A stretch of DNA of 64,000 nt. Origin: Tubiluchus corallicola. Lineage: Eukaryota > Animalia > Priapulida. A program made the position numbers and the translations under genes. The stretch spans positions 310,001 through 374,000 of the forward strand of contig JAQGDQ010000114.1 of NCBI GenBank assembly GCA_030141605.1, read 5' to 3'. The notes below the pieces were generated by a model. It had not been told where the DNA came from. It saw only the letters and a program-made list of their open reading frames with translations, and made no database searches. Below, one piece after another: positions 1 through 25,694 of this stretch. Numbering within the stretch: the first letter of the stretch is position 1; each line of letters opens with the position of its first letter.

Positions 1-498
1 CTTCTTGCTTATTACTAAAAAATGTAACTTTTGGGCTTATAACAATTTTTTTATTGGTCAGTCAGAACTTTTTTACAATTTGAATACCACAATCAATAAT
101 ATATTAGGAAGTTACAAAACATTACTATAATGTTCTTATCTAAGTAAGACGTTGCTTTTGTCATCTTTAGCGTGCTTTTTGAATGTTAAATTTATCAACT
201 AATTTTGGTTAGATAAAGACAGAATTTCTGCTTTTACTGCGCAAATTCATGTAAAAATACTACTATATAGTATGTAATACGTAGTTTGTAGTAGTATGGT
301 AAATAGCTCATTATCATGATGACCGTACAATTGCTTACGTCCTACGAAATAAAGAAGTGATAGAATAATGTTTAGATATGTCAGCATCAGATCAGGTTAA
401 CGTTAGTGTTTGAATTGAGTGCATGAGTTTTACTTAGTAATTTGAATGAGAAGGAGCTCATTCAATTCCACGAATCAATTTATTTTTCTTTCATGTAG

Positions 499-3400
499 GA
501 ACGAGAGGCTGCAAAGGCATTGTTTAAAGGTAGAAGAGGTCTCGAATTAGTGAAAAACATTGTGAAGAAGTCAAAGACATTTGTCCCAGGAGAACCTGTT
601 GAGGGCATACAAACTGGTCCCACACCAGAAGAAGTCAAAGCAATAAAGGTAATTGTCATAAGCACATATTCGCATAACTTCTCAAGCTGTTGTGCACACT
701 CTGCGGGCGCAATCTTGTATTCAGTGACATGACCCTCATTATCAAGAATAATTCTCTAAGATGAGATGTTGAATTGACAAAATAACTTAGTCGTGCTTTG
801 ATGTGCATACTTTCTCCATTAACTGATGGTAGCCTAGCAATTACTATCTGCCTGTGATAATAAAAAAATGGGGAAAAATGTTTTTATCAATTGCATTCAT
901 GTAGTCCAAGTATAATATGATAATAGGGTGATTGGCACTGACGCAAAGCAGAGGCCAACATTGTGTCTCTTCAGATTTCTATATTTTAGCTCAGTTTTAA
1001 AGGTTACTATAGTCTTGATACCCTCTTACCACTTACTCGTCGACCACAAACTGTTGTTAAATGTTTCAAATCATCAGTTTGGCATTGGCGTACGATTTTA
1101 CAGTGGTTTTCGTCATATTTAATTGAAAGCTCACAGAACGTCTTAATTATTGCTTCTCTCTCAAAAAGTTTTTCTTTAGAATCTTATGTGTACCGCAAGG
1201 CTCTTATCTAGGGCCGCTTCGCTTTTCAGCATGTTCCAGTTTTTTGTTTATAATAGTAGACCAGTAGGCCCTATAAGCTCCAAATGTACGCCTATGCTGA
1301 AGATTCTCAGCTGTATTTGTGTTTTTGGATATTAAATAACATTTCCAAACAAGCTGCCCATAAGATTTTGAAAGACTATTTTGAACATATTAAGCAGTGG
1401 TTGATAGCTTTTAAACTCAAATTTAATGCAGGTAAAATTGAATTTTTGTTAATTGTCTCATGTACTCACCTGTCTAAAATGAAAAGTGGCTGTACTAAAT
1501 TTGGTAGAATTGATATCATGTCTTCTAATTTTGTTTGCAATCTTGAGGTATTGTTTGACAAAAACATGAGTATGGATTTACAAATCACAAATTAAAAATT
1601 TGTATAAAATTTTTATAGTGGACGTCCTAGTACTTCAATGTATAATTACAACACAATTTCGATATTATTGTATCATAATTCTTTTATGGTGTTGTGGTAC
1701 ACGATGTAATTAGGTTCTGTAGGTTTACTGTTTTAAACTTATAAAAATCTTTCTTAAAACACGTGTTTTAAGCACTTGCTTGACATTACATTAATCGGAA
1801 ATAGATTTCCTAGATATTCCCAGAAGGTTGTTCCGGAGAGCGAGACCTGCTACTGCTAAAGCCCTTTCACTTATAGTGACGTATCTAATACATGGAACAA
1901 GTAGTGCCTTGTTCGCAACATATCTGAGAGTATAACGGTTAGAGGTTACATATGATATCATTGTCAATTAGATGCTAGACCGTTGATATTTTTACACACA
2001 AGTAATAAAATTTTAAATTGAAGTGTTACGAGGAATCAAACTTATAACCCTCGCCGCTGAGTCTTGAAGACAATGTAAAAGTTTTAGTTTGCATTTTGGC
2101 AATTTAGCTGACAACCCTTTACAACAGTCAATACAGTTAGTAACGAACGTTTGTATAATAGTCCTAAGTACAGGTTCCATTAAAAACCTCCTAATTTATC
2201 CGACATTATCCAACTGAAAATACATTGTGTTTTACATATTTTTGTGATTTCTAAATCCATATTCATGTTTTTGTCAAACAAAACCCCAAGGTTACATTAC
2301 ACTGTTTTATGTACAATGCTAATGAATTGATACACTGTAATGATTTTAACCCTGTAAAAATAGAAGGACATTATAGATCTAGTGCTCTAGAAAGTTTATA
2401 TAATAATAATGATGTTGATAATGATGCTTAATGAAAACAACAACAATAACTTTACAATACTCCACATTTTTATTGCATTTTAATTTTATTTAATATTAAT
2501 TTTAGAAACTAAAATATTAATTGCAGTATTGTATATTTTTGGAGGACTAGTTATTTTATAGGAAATTCATTCTGGTATTAGAACTATATCAAAAAATCGG
2601 ATGCAATGAGTTTCTTAAGCTCTACTAGCTACTTTTCTGCAATAACACCTTCAAATAATAAGTTCAAGAATAATTAAAGATGGAAGAAGTAATTTTTTAC
2701 ATTTATTCATGTTTTAGCAAATAAGTTTAATAAAAAGTTTATTTTGCAATTTTTAGTAATTTTTTTGTTTTTAGGAAGCCGTTGCAAAAGCAACAACTTT
2801 AGAGGAGGTAGAACGTCTTGGTCAAATGTTGAAATCAGGCCAAATTCCAGGAAAGGAAAGAAAGGAAAGGTTAAACAGTAAGTGTATAAATGTTTTGTGT
2901 TGGCATAGTATAAAGGACAGGTATTGCAAGGTTTTGCATGTTTTTTGATTTATTGCTAAAGATTAGAAATCAGCTTGTGAGCCAGTTCTTGTCTTAGTGT
3001 ACCTTAAAATGCAAAGTCAACTTAATTTCCTGTTCATAATTAACACACTATGACCTTTCTCATTAGTTGTTGAAATATTTTAAGCATGTTTTCTCTTTAG
3101 TAAGTCTGATTTATTATATAATCTATTGCCCATGTACATAAGTTATGTGCTAGTGTGAGTGTTACTTCAGTTACTTTGCTATGAGAAACATCCAGTTTTT
3201 AACCACGCCAATTTTTTTGACAAATCTAATATGGTTTATTAGCTTTTAAATTTTTGTTTTGAAGACACATACTCATAATTACTACCTTTTATCTAGTGGT
3301 GGATGTAGTCAATTACTTTGTTTGTTGAAAAAGTGTTGACATATTGATTAATTTATCTATATAGTTTTATGCTTACCCACGTCATTTGTGAAACAAGGTA

Positions 3401-3913
3401 TATGAAAACGTTTAGCGACATTTCCCTTGGGTTTTTAAAGTTCAAAAACACCAAATAGACAAAATGACCATACAGTATGAATCAGTGTGATTCATTTGTC
3501 ATTGTTTAATTTACCAAAAACTAATATATGTATTTGGTAATCACATACTCAAAATTTTTAGTATCACTCATCATTTCGTTATTATGCTAAATATGAGTTG
3601 CACTTCCAAGAACACAGATGGGCAAAAAAGGCTAGGCCAAACTTTTTCATTCAAGTGAGCCATCAATAAGATAAGTGAAATAAATATGCTGTGAGATTGT
3701 ACAGTGTAAATGTGTAATCCAGATTGTGAATGTCTTTTGATATGTTAGATTATGCTTAATTCATTGGTAGAAGTGCTTGTGGTGTACTAGATCGTATTTT
3801 ACTGATGGTACAAGACTTTGTAATACGAACAAAAAATACAAAAACAAATATAAAAACAATTTTTTGTTGTTGCAGGGAAAGAAGAACAAGAAGACGAAGA
3901 AATGGATATGTAG
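499..3913 (+). CDS. SNRPA1: U2 snRNP protein A' (3' part; exons 499-648, 2775-2877, 3876-3913; 5' exons upstream of window)
   Basis: Spliced translation EREAAKALFKGRRGLELVKNIVKKSKTFVPGE...GPTPEEVKAIK|EAVAKATTLEEVERLGQMLKSGQIPGKERKERLN|RKEEQEDEEMDM* matches the U2A' C-terminus (human ERQEAEKMFKGKRG...ASTLAEVERLKGLLQSGQIPG); all introns GT-AG with consistent phases. Confidence 0.93.
950..1600 (+). mobile_element. Decayed L2-clade LINE reverse-transcriptase fragment in SNRPA1 intron
   Basis: Broken frames give VDHKLLL..QFGI, VPQGSYLGPL, YAEDSQLY (YADD equivalent), LKFNAGKIEFL, VCNLEVLFDKNMSM. Confidence 0.75.
1620..2330 (-). mobile_element. Decayed L2-clade LINE 3' fragment, opposite orientation to the neighbouring copy
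   Basis: Minus strand encodes NLGVF..DKNMNMDLEITK and TISERALAVAGLALRNNL (cf. L2 TYGDRAFSVAAPRLWNSL). Confidence 0.65.
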
Positions 3914-5193
3914 CTATAAATTTGTTTCATTATTATGTAACTGTAGATGTTCCATTGTCATTTGCCTTGTTTCCTCACTGTATCAAGATTGCTTTCATCT
4001 AAGGATGAGTGGGAAGAAATAACTCAGTTTTTCTATTGTGTGCAATTACACTTTCCTGGTTGTCTGAAAGTAAGCACAAGATCGTTATAATAATAATAAC
4101 TGTGGTACAGGTATCACGGTAAAAGGTCCAGACGGAAAATGCTCAGGTAAACTGACTGGGACAGTAGTTTTAAGCAGAAACACAGATTCAGCTGTGCACT
4201 GACATATACTGCTGAAAAACATAAAAATTAGCTGTGTTAGCAGCCATTAATAACGTACCATTGTTAGTTGCTAGGAAGTTATTCTTTCTTTCTTAGCCTT
4301 TGTTTGTTATACAAAGTACATTTGCAAGTTTTTTTTCTATAGATTATAATGGTTTGTTCAGTAATTAGTTATTTGCAGGCACATAATGCACCTATATGAG
4401 TTTTCGTTTAGTTATTTGTCATATTATATTTTCTGTTTCACCTGTCTGCAAATGGCAAAAGCTAAAAGGGTAAAATTGCTGTTTTACTGTCTCTTTAACA
4501 TGCTGATATATTATTGTAGAAAAATTATTAATACGAATAGAACATAGTATTTTCTGCGTTTATATTGCAACAGTAGTTCATCATTCAGTAATATCAAGAA
4601 ATTATTTTACACAGTATTTAAGCATTTTCGCATTTTACCCATTCATTTAGTGTTTGAGCAATTAAGAATGCCTCTGTCATAGAGAATAATAGTGCAATTG
4701 ATGTGCTCGGCTTCGTTTGATTAGCCTAATTCATTTAACTTTGTTTTTCTTTTGCAATGCAGTTTGATTCACACTCTGTCCACTAGGCAGAGCCAAACGT
4801 TTGATCCATTAGCTTTGTTCTCAACGTGAAATGCATGTGTACAAAAGTTTTATATAAATTTGGACAGTTCTCTCGAACGACCATCAACTTGTATGTACTA
4901 AAAATATTTTTGTATTTATAAATTCACATAAATAAAACATTAAATTTTAACTGCTATTGTTCATGTTAGATATTCACTTAAATTTTAACAAATTTTCCAT
5001 CCTAATTTTGCTGTTCATTATTATCCAACAATAGAGTAACCTTTTGTCTGGATTAAGCGGATTTGATCCTAAACTTGCTGTAAAGTTGTCCGTACAGAAC
5101 AATATCAACAACAGAGTTGTCACCACTGTATCAAATATAAGCAAAGAGTGAAAAATTAGTGACAGCAGTTTTTATGCAGCTGCATGCAACATA

Positions 5194-5712
5194 CAGGTGT
5201 TTCCTAAGTCACTCACTCAATTTGTTTTTCTTTGCTACTACTCGACTAATGGCGTTGATCTTGCAGAAAACTCTTAGTAAGTAGTTGCGACCTTTTTAAG
5301 TCTACATTTGAAGTTTTCTGCTAGTTTCTTCTACTGTCATTCCAATCTAGAGTAGAGGTGTAGAACTGCAAGGGTTGCTCACTCGACAGATCATACGCAA
5401 TGCAACATCTTTTTGTGGGGCTACATTAAGAACAAAATGTATGCCACCAAGCTGTAAGACCTCTCCCTGCGCTAAAAGAATGGACGAGGAATGCACGTTC
5501 TTTTGTTACTCAATTGGCAAAAAATGCAAAAAAAAAGAAATTGGTTTGTTTCAAAAAGGCAGTGCACACTTTCAGGTGCACTAATAACTTGACCAGTAAA
5601 CTTACTAAGTCAAGTCTGATTCAGAGACTCGGCAACCAAATTATCATGTGATTCTTGTAAATGCTATTTCAGCAAACCTTTAGAAATAATGAGGGACTTA
5701 TGAAACACCTTG
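5194..5712 (+). mobile_element. Non-autonomous Tc1/mariner (DD41D/rosa-like) deletion derivative
   Basis: TIRs CAGGTGTTTCCTAAGTCACTCA / TGAGGGACTTATGAAACACCTTG after TA; internal remnant HSTDHTQCNIFLWGYIKNKMY (SPDLTPCDFFLWGYLKxxVY motif) and GSAHFQVH. Confidence 0.7.
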
Positions 5713-6781
5713 TGTTACTTAAATTTTGCCTCGGTAATTAATTAAGCAAACGTAATGAACGCAAAACAAAAAAGCAGAATACGGTCAAAAATGTACCTTC
5801 TGTATTTACCTTCTATTGTAATTTAAGGCCACATCAGTGTGTATGATCAAACCAAATAGACCACAAAAATATTTACAGAAAAAATAATTCCAATAAATAC
5901 AGTTCAGAAGTACACCGATTACAAACTTTGCTGTGAAACAGTGCATTCATTCTAATCGTTTTTTAGTATAAGTTGGTAATACGAAAGATCACAGATATAA
6001 AATGACAAGCAGCATGCACTGCAAAATTTTCACAATACTTCATGTACAAGCTGTTATGTAGCAGTAACTTTTGCAATAAAACGACATTATTTTCAGTGCT
6101 TATGTGTTTATGAAAGCAAGTTTATTTAGTCATAACAAAGTAAATGACATTGATATTATCTTTGATGTCAAGACAGTGAATTTGCACATGCAGACTAAAG
6201 CTACTGCCCTTGCTGAGTCAAAGTCCAAAGTCCTTTAATTTCATAACTTCAAAAAATAGCTCATTGTGAGACAACACAGAATAAGTCTATTTATACAGTG
6301 TACTAGGCTAATGCAGATGCAACTACTAAAATAATTACTGTATGCTGATTTTTTTGAACCTGAACTAAAATCACTGAATTTGAAATACTAGCATTTTTTT
6401 GCATTACTAAAACATTGTAACAAGGATAAAAATAATATAAAGGTAGACTTAAAAACTAATTAAAAACAGTTATTTGTGATTTAAACTGATGTAGCTTATT
6501 GTAATTTAAAATCAAAATGGACATCATTTAGAACTTATGTTAGAGATTTAATTAGAATTTTCTCTGCAGCATTACAAAAAGGGCATGCTTCATGGGGTAA
6601 CTTGCAATTCGCCCCCTACTTCAGAGGTAACTTGCAAAATGCCTCTTAATTAACTTATTTTAATTTTCTCGGCATCACAAGAAGGTTTAACAAAATTACA
6701 TCTCCCAAGATTTTTGGCATATTTTAACACTATGAAGTTATCACTTTTAATCAATAGATTTTCAAAAAACACCAAGTGCAT

Positions 6782-13087
<6,306 letters not shown>

Positions 13088-13619
13088 TATTAGTTTTCAG
13101 CTGTTAACAAACGGAATTGTGAGACAAATTATTAGCATCAAACTTTCGCAAAAATGCATTAGATAATAAACGCTTAATCACAAACTATTAAACTTGATCC
13201 TTTGAAAGTTAAATTATTAATAAAATGCATGCTTAGGCTATTTTTTAGAAACCAGAAATAATTTGAACAGTATTAATCTGCATGTGCTATGAAAAAGATA
13301 TATAGTAAGTCCTCGCCTAATGATGTTGAAGCGTTCCAGGAAAGTGCATCGTTTTGTGAAACATTGCTAAAAGCAACAATTCTTTCCAAAAGAAATAAGG
13401 TAAAATATCCAGTTGGATTTCAGGAGCAAAAGTCACCAGTGCTTAGTTATGTAAAAGCATTCACTTATGCAGATAGAAATGAATCAACAATGCTTGACTT
13501 ATAAATTACACACTTCATACCATTTATTGCTGACAGTTCTACAGTACATATTTGCTTAATTAAAAAGCTAAAGAGTAACCAAAGCATTAAAACTAAAATC
13601 TAAATTTGAAACATAGGCA

Positions 13620-13780
13620 GTATCCTCTAGCATTTCAGCCATTTCTTGCTCTTTTTGTTTTTTCATAAAAAAATCTAGTATGGGTTGCTTAGATTTCTTC
13701 CTTTTTTTAGCTAGCATTTCTTATAACACTGCATCACGTTTCGTATGATCCTTCGAGCTGTGTTATTTTCGGTGTTGTCT
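13620..13780 (-). mobile_element. pogo/Tigger transposase C-terminal remnant
   Basis: Frameshifted translation RIIRNVMQCYK/EMLAKKRKKSKQPILDFFMKK resembles the Tigger C-terminal CYxE..KK..KQxxLDxFF motif. Confidence 0.4.
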
Positions 13781-14889
13781 TTGCGAGAGCTACAATGTAA
13801 ATAAAGTGAAAGCAGCAATCCATAACAATTGTGTAACATTTTCAGATTATATAACATGAGAGAGTTTTATCAACCAGAGGAATTTTATCTAATTGAGGAA
13901 TAGCATAATCATACTCATAGTATCGCCAAGGTTTACCTAGCTGTGATTAACTGCCTGCTATCAGTTAGGCAAACTATGAGCCTGGGTTTCTGTGCTAAGT
14001 AGCTAGTGAGCTTCATCTATAGAGTATGAATGCAGTAAACATGATTTAGTACTCATAGTAACGCTAAAAAATTGTTGTTAAAACGAAACATGTGAGATGG
14101 AAAGTGAAAAAATGGCATTATTAAGCGAAGACTTTCTGCATAATGTAAAAATTAAAAGCCAAAAAATGTTATAATTGACATTATTCGCCAATGTCAAAAG
14201 ATAATGACAGAAAAAATAATATCTAATATAGTGTACATACATGTAAAATTTAATGTAGGACATATTTCATGTATTATAAATAATTATGTAGACTGGCATA
14301 AGAATGGCCTAATAATCAAACACAGCTCGTGCAACCACTTTAGTCCAAACTGCCCTGTCACCTACAACCTACCGCGTCTCCCTACTTTTGATATCTAACG
14401 GTGTGTTCGTAAGATATTTTTGGATAAAAATATCATCATATGCCCATTACGTCTATTGTAGACATTGGCGGACAGAACTCTAAAATAAAAAGAAATCTGC
14501 CGCTACGACAGGTAAACACAGCAGTCAATACAGCAAAAAACTAGACTCCGCTATGCCAGTGGTTTGTCAGAACCACTTCCACTTTAAAAATAAAGTTTTG
14601 CAAACTTTTCGTCTTCGCGGAAGGAAACTACGGGAAATTTTAAAGCCTCGCCGATTTACACTCAAGTAGTTTGTTGTATATTCGGCACGAGGTTTATTCC
14701 ATTAAATCTATATCATGAGTTGGCACCAGGAGTGCCACTCTCATTATACTTTTAATTTACTAATATTTTAAGACTTATGATTATTTCAGATTTCTTAAGA
14801 AACTCTACAAGTACAAATCAGTTTGGTTTAATCAAGGACGTATCTACTTAAAAGTCAATGATGAATGTGAGCCTCTCGAAATTAAGACT

Positions 14890-16670
<1,781 letters not shown>

Positions 16671-17886
16671 TTACAATGAGTATATAATACTATAGTAAAT
16701 ATAGTTATGATAGTAATACGTAATGTTTGACATGTCAGCGCTATATTCACATTAGTCTGTATTAGCTTCTCAAATCATCCCATTAAGTGAAAATGTAACA
16801 CGAGTAATATAGGTACAAAAAATAATAATATTTACAGTAAACTTCTAAAAGCTAATGTACACGAGGTCATTGTTTTTAGTGCAATGCAAAGCCGGTGGCA
16901 CGGTACAGTACAATTACTTTAAAAATATACTTCATATCGTACCGTAATTTTGTACCGTACCTGCAAACTTGAATCACATAATCGTAGTGGTATGATAAAA
17001 TATCATACCATAATTCTGTACCAAGAACAGTACATAGGCTCTACTGTAGGAAATATATAAAAATTAATTGCAAAATCGATTAATTATTCAATTCCATATT
17101 GTCTGTGTGCTATTTCATAATATTCAGTTTCAAAATTCAATACTAACTAATTTTAGGTTAGAAAACTTACATAAATATGCACGAGATTTTTGAGCTACTT
17201 AATTAATGTCATTTAAACTTAAAAAATATAACAAAAAAATTGCAAGAAAAAACCGCCTATAAGTATTAATGTTAATTTATATTGCCGGTGCATAGAAATT
17301 TTTAGTCGTGATATTGACTTCAAAATTATAACGTAACTGGCGTACTTCATAATTTTTTGTAAGCGCATCGTGGCTTTTTTGTGTCTTTTTAAATGTTTCT
17401 TGCAGTTTTCAGTAAATTCAGTTGCACTCTTTCCCGAAGGTCTCTCTCTATATATGACACTTATAATTAAGTTTGTGCTTACAGCAAAATCTTCTTGAGC
17501 CACCCCCGGTTTTCATTTTCATTATTTTTCCACCTTTTTGTTTCTTTAATAACTCGCACACACTCGCAGTTAACTTACGAAACTCACAGGGCACACGTAC
17601 TGCCCTGGTAGTGTGATTTATGCTAACATGTGAACCGTGATCCCGGGTGAAAGGTCACTGATGAGTACACGTGGACTGGGCTTGTTGTTATTTTCGCTAG
17701 GCTTGGTCTGGATTGCCCTACAGTTTTTGAGCTAGGGCTACAATTCCTGGTATGTGGCTAAGTGGAGTCGAGTTGTTGTGCCTAGCTGAATATGAGTCAT
17801 TTGCGTATCAGAAATTTTTTGGTAGGGGCACAAACGAAAATCAAATGGTTGGCATCACCAGCAGGTTTCCCATGTCGAGTAACAGT

Positions 17887-18545
17887 AGCGTGTAGCATTT
17901 CAAATGAAAGATCTCGATGAGGCAAATCGAATGGTATTAGTTACGCCTAGACTGGTTAGTTTAAACGTATTTTTATTAAATAAGAAATATTGGAATATGG
18001 TTTGAACAGGCAGCTTTTAACAGCTGATAAAAGTTCTCACCAGTGAAACGTGCAGTTAGTAGAGTGCATACAATCGACAAACAGTGGAAGAATTACAGTA
18101 CGATTACTAGCAGTATAGACACATACATAGCATAATGTTGAGAAAGACATTAATATTACTATGTAATCAATATAAACTAATACAATGATTAGAAGTGCTT
18201 AATTAGCAATATAAATTTCTGTAACCCAGACTGGCTGACCCTTAATCCCACCCCACCCCCGCTATAGGGGGACAAAAACCCAAATCGGGAGGGTTTGCAC
18301 ACCAATGCTTCCAGTGCCTATAGTAACAGTGGCTTACAGTATGTCAAATGAAAGGTCTTGGTGAGGCGAATCGAATGATATGAGTTAAGACCAGACTGGT
18401 GAGCTTGCTATCAAAAACCGAAATTGGCGGTCAGGCCGTGCTTCCAAGGTCAGGCAGCAGCAGGTTGTAGTACATCAAATGAAAGGTATGAATTATGAAT
18501 GACTAATAATTAAGTGATATGAGTCATGCCCATATTGGTTGACCC
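17887..18545 (+). repeat. Three diverged copies of a ~70-bp module (TCAAATGAAAGGTCTCGATGAGGCGAATCGAATG..), probably internal to a non-autonomous Helitron/Helentron-type element
   Basis: Copies near 17887, 18331, 18461; same motif on minus strand at ~54873-54892; short hairpins at 18589-18613 and 19214-19249. Confidence 0.55.
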
Positions 18546-18942
18546 TTGACCACAGGTCACTGATCAAAAAGTGACACCGAAACTGTTGATGTACGCACAC
18601 ATTGTTTACGTACACATTATTAACTATTTTGAAAAACAGTTTTATTTGTAAATACCCAACAAAAGCTGCCACTTAAAGCAGTTCCTGTCGCAGAAGCAGA
18701 ATGTTATCACAATTTTTAACACAGTCAAAACGTCCGCTACTTATAATTATTTTTACCTTTATTAGCTTGGAAATTCACAAAGAGACTTTCAAATTTAATG
18801 GTAATTATTATTAAAAGAGCTCCGTTATTCCTTAATTTATAACACATTTTTTGTTTAATAAACAGACCCATGTTCCCCTTTTTTATTTTTTGTGATTATT
18901 ACAAATAAAAGTACATCCAAGCACTGAACATGTTACTCCAAA

Positions 18943-18943
18943 T

Positions 18944-19026
<83 letters not shown>

Positions 19027-19033
19027 TGTGTGT
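18943..19033. repeat. (TG)n microsatellite
   Basis: Near-perfect dinucleotide run. Confidence 0.97.
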
Positions 19034-20496
19034 ATCTAGGTCCTCTATACATCATTCTTTCTTCTGAAAGGTGCTCATGCATATTGCTCAAAACTGCAGT
19101 ATTGGCGTGGAGCACGTATTTTCTTGTGTGGGTTTGTATTATAATTATTTTTACACCGTTGGTTGTTTAATTTTGCCGGGAAATAAAAAATAAGAACTTT
19201 ATAACTACTCCGGAATGCGAAGCAGTACTCCTGCACACGCAGTACTCATTTAATGTCCAAACTTTAGTAACGTGCTAATAGCAGTAAAATAAATTTATTG
19301 AATATTAAAATATAAAATTTACAAATAAAAGAATAAAAGTGGATGCAACGTTTTACAATAACAGTTAAAGTTAAGGTGGAAACATGAGTTTGTTGAATCT
19401 TAAAAAATTAAAAAAAGCAATTAGTAATAAAATTACACTTGTAAAAATATGAATGAATTGTTTCGGGTGATGTTCCTTTAATTCCTTCGGTACTGCTTTT
19501 AAGTCATTCAATTGTGTGTTTTGGGTGGAGCCTTTAATTCTGTTCATTCAACAGTGTATGCGAAAATACTTGTGCTATACTGTAGACGTTTTTCTTGAAG
19601 TGCATGAACTTTGTAATGTCTTTTCAAATACGTTTTATGAAACAATGTGTCAACATTTTTTATGCATAGCAGTTTTTCTTTAGTTTAAAGAAGGGCACAA
19701 AATCAGGTGATAAAGAAGATTTTTGTATTCATCGCACCACAGTCAGAAAATTGATTAAGAACATAATTCAGTATAATTAAATTTTGTGTATCAATATAAA
19801 CTCAGCATATGTGCTGTGCACAACACCAAAAAAAATTAATATAGACAAAACCAACATTTTTTGAAATTATATAGATTTTATTAAAGAATTTCATTAACTT
19901 CAATACATACATTACAAGAACAAACTGTAGTACGTTTTAAAATATGAATGCAAAATACAAAGTAAAGCAAAATCAACAGTTTTTGATGACAAAGTTTTCA
20001 TTAAAAGTAGTAACCAATAACTGAAACAAACATGAACGTTTTAACTGAGTTATGTAAATAACTTTTGTAATTACACTTCTAAAGCTTTTCAACAATAACT
20101 ATTAGCTTGCAATATGAAACGTGCAAATCCAACCTAAAATTTTAATATGACAACATTTTCAAAGGACACGAACAACATAGGTGATAGTTAACAGGCCTAT
20201 ATTCTACCTTCATTATAAATAGCTTGAGTTATATTCAACTGCTTCCATTACAAAGACTGGAAATGAGCATTTTTAAAAATTACTATTATAAGGCCAAGGG
20301 TAGTAACATGTCTAAAAATTTAATAACAACAATAAGCAAAATTGAAAAAAATGCACAAACACTAAATATAAGTAACTGGCTTTCATAAATTATGAAACTC
20401 CATATTTATCTGCAGACATATGTAAGCATGTTGAAAGATTACAAAGAAATAAATGACAAAGAACTTTTTAACAAATCACAAAACAAACAGTTAACT

Positions 20497-25314
<4,818 letters not shown>

Positions 25315-25622
25315 GACAGTAGCGAAAAGTTATCCTGAAAGTAAAAATAAGTTTACCATATTTGTTTTTTATTTAACTAAAGTGTGCTATACTATACAAC
25401 TCCATACAATAATAATTAAAAATGTTTGAACTTTAATAAATTCGTTAATCTTACTTTAACTTTAAGTCGACAAATAAAACAGTTCTCAGCAAAACAAAAA
25501 GAAAATCTCACACAACAGATGATTGATAGATAATTAGTTAATATAGGCCCAGAGATTAAGGTCTAATACAATCGGTATAATAATATCACAGTCTTTCCAG
25601 CCGGCACATCAAACCACAGTCA

Positions 25623-25694
25623 AACTGAAATTTAACACCAAGTTTCGTTGCTATAAATACGCAACGTGACGCGGAGTGTCTTCTAGAATCTTCT
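25623..25694 (-). promoter_or_regulatory. Putative hsc70 core promoter: three-unit heat shock element, TATA-like box, initiator
   Basis: cTTCtaGAAtcTTCt at 25680-25694; TATTTATAG (minus) 25659-25651; TCAGTT Inr with A at 25626; candidate 5'UTR intron GTAAGA 25454 to AG 25335. Confidence 0.65.

Noticed and set aside
1045-1085. Minus-strand CTGATGA-TTT-GAAAC resembling a minimal hammerhead ribozyme
   Set aside because: No stem II, negligible stem III, and it lies within L2 RT coding sequence on the other strand.
17655-17690. CTGATGA followed by a weak stem (hammerhead-like)
   Set aside because: No GAAA after the stem; core incomplete.
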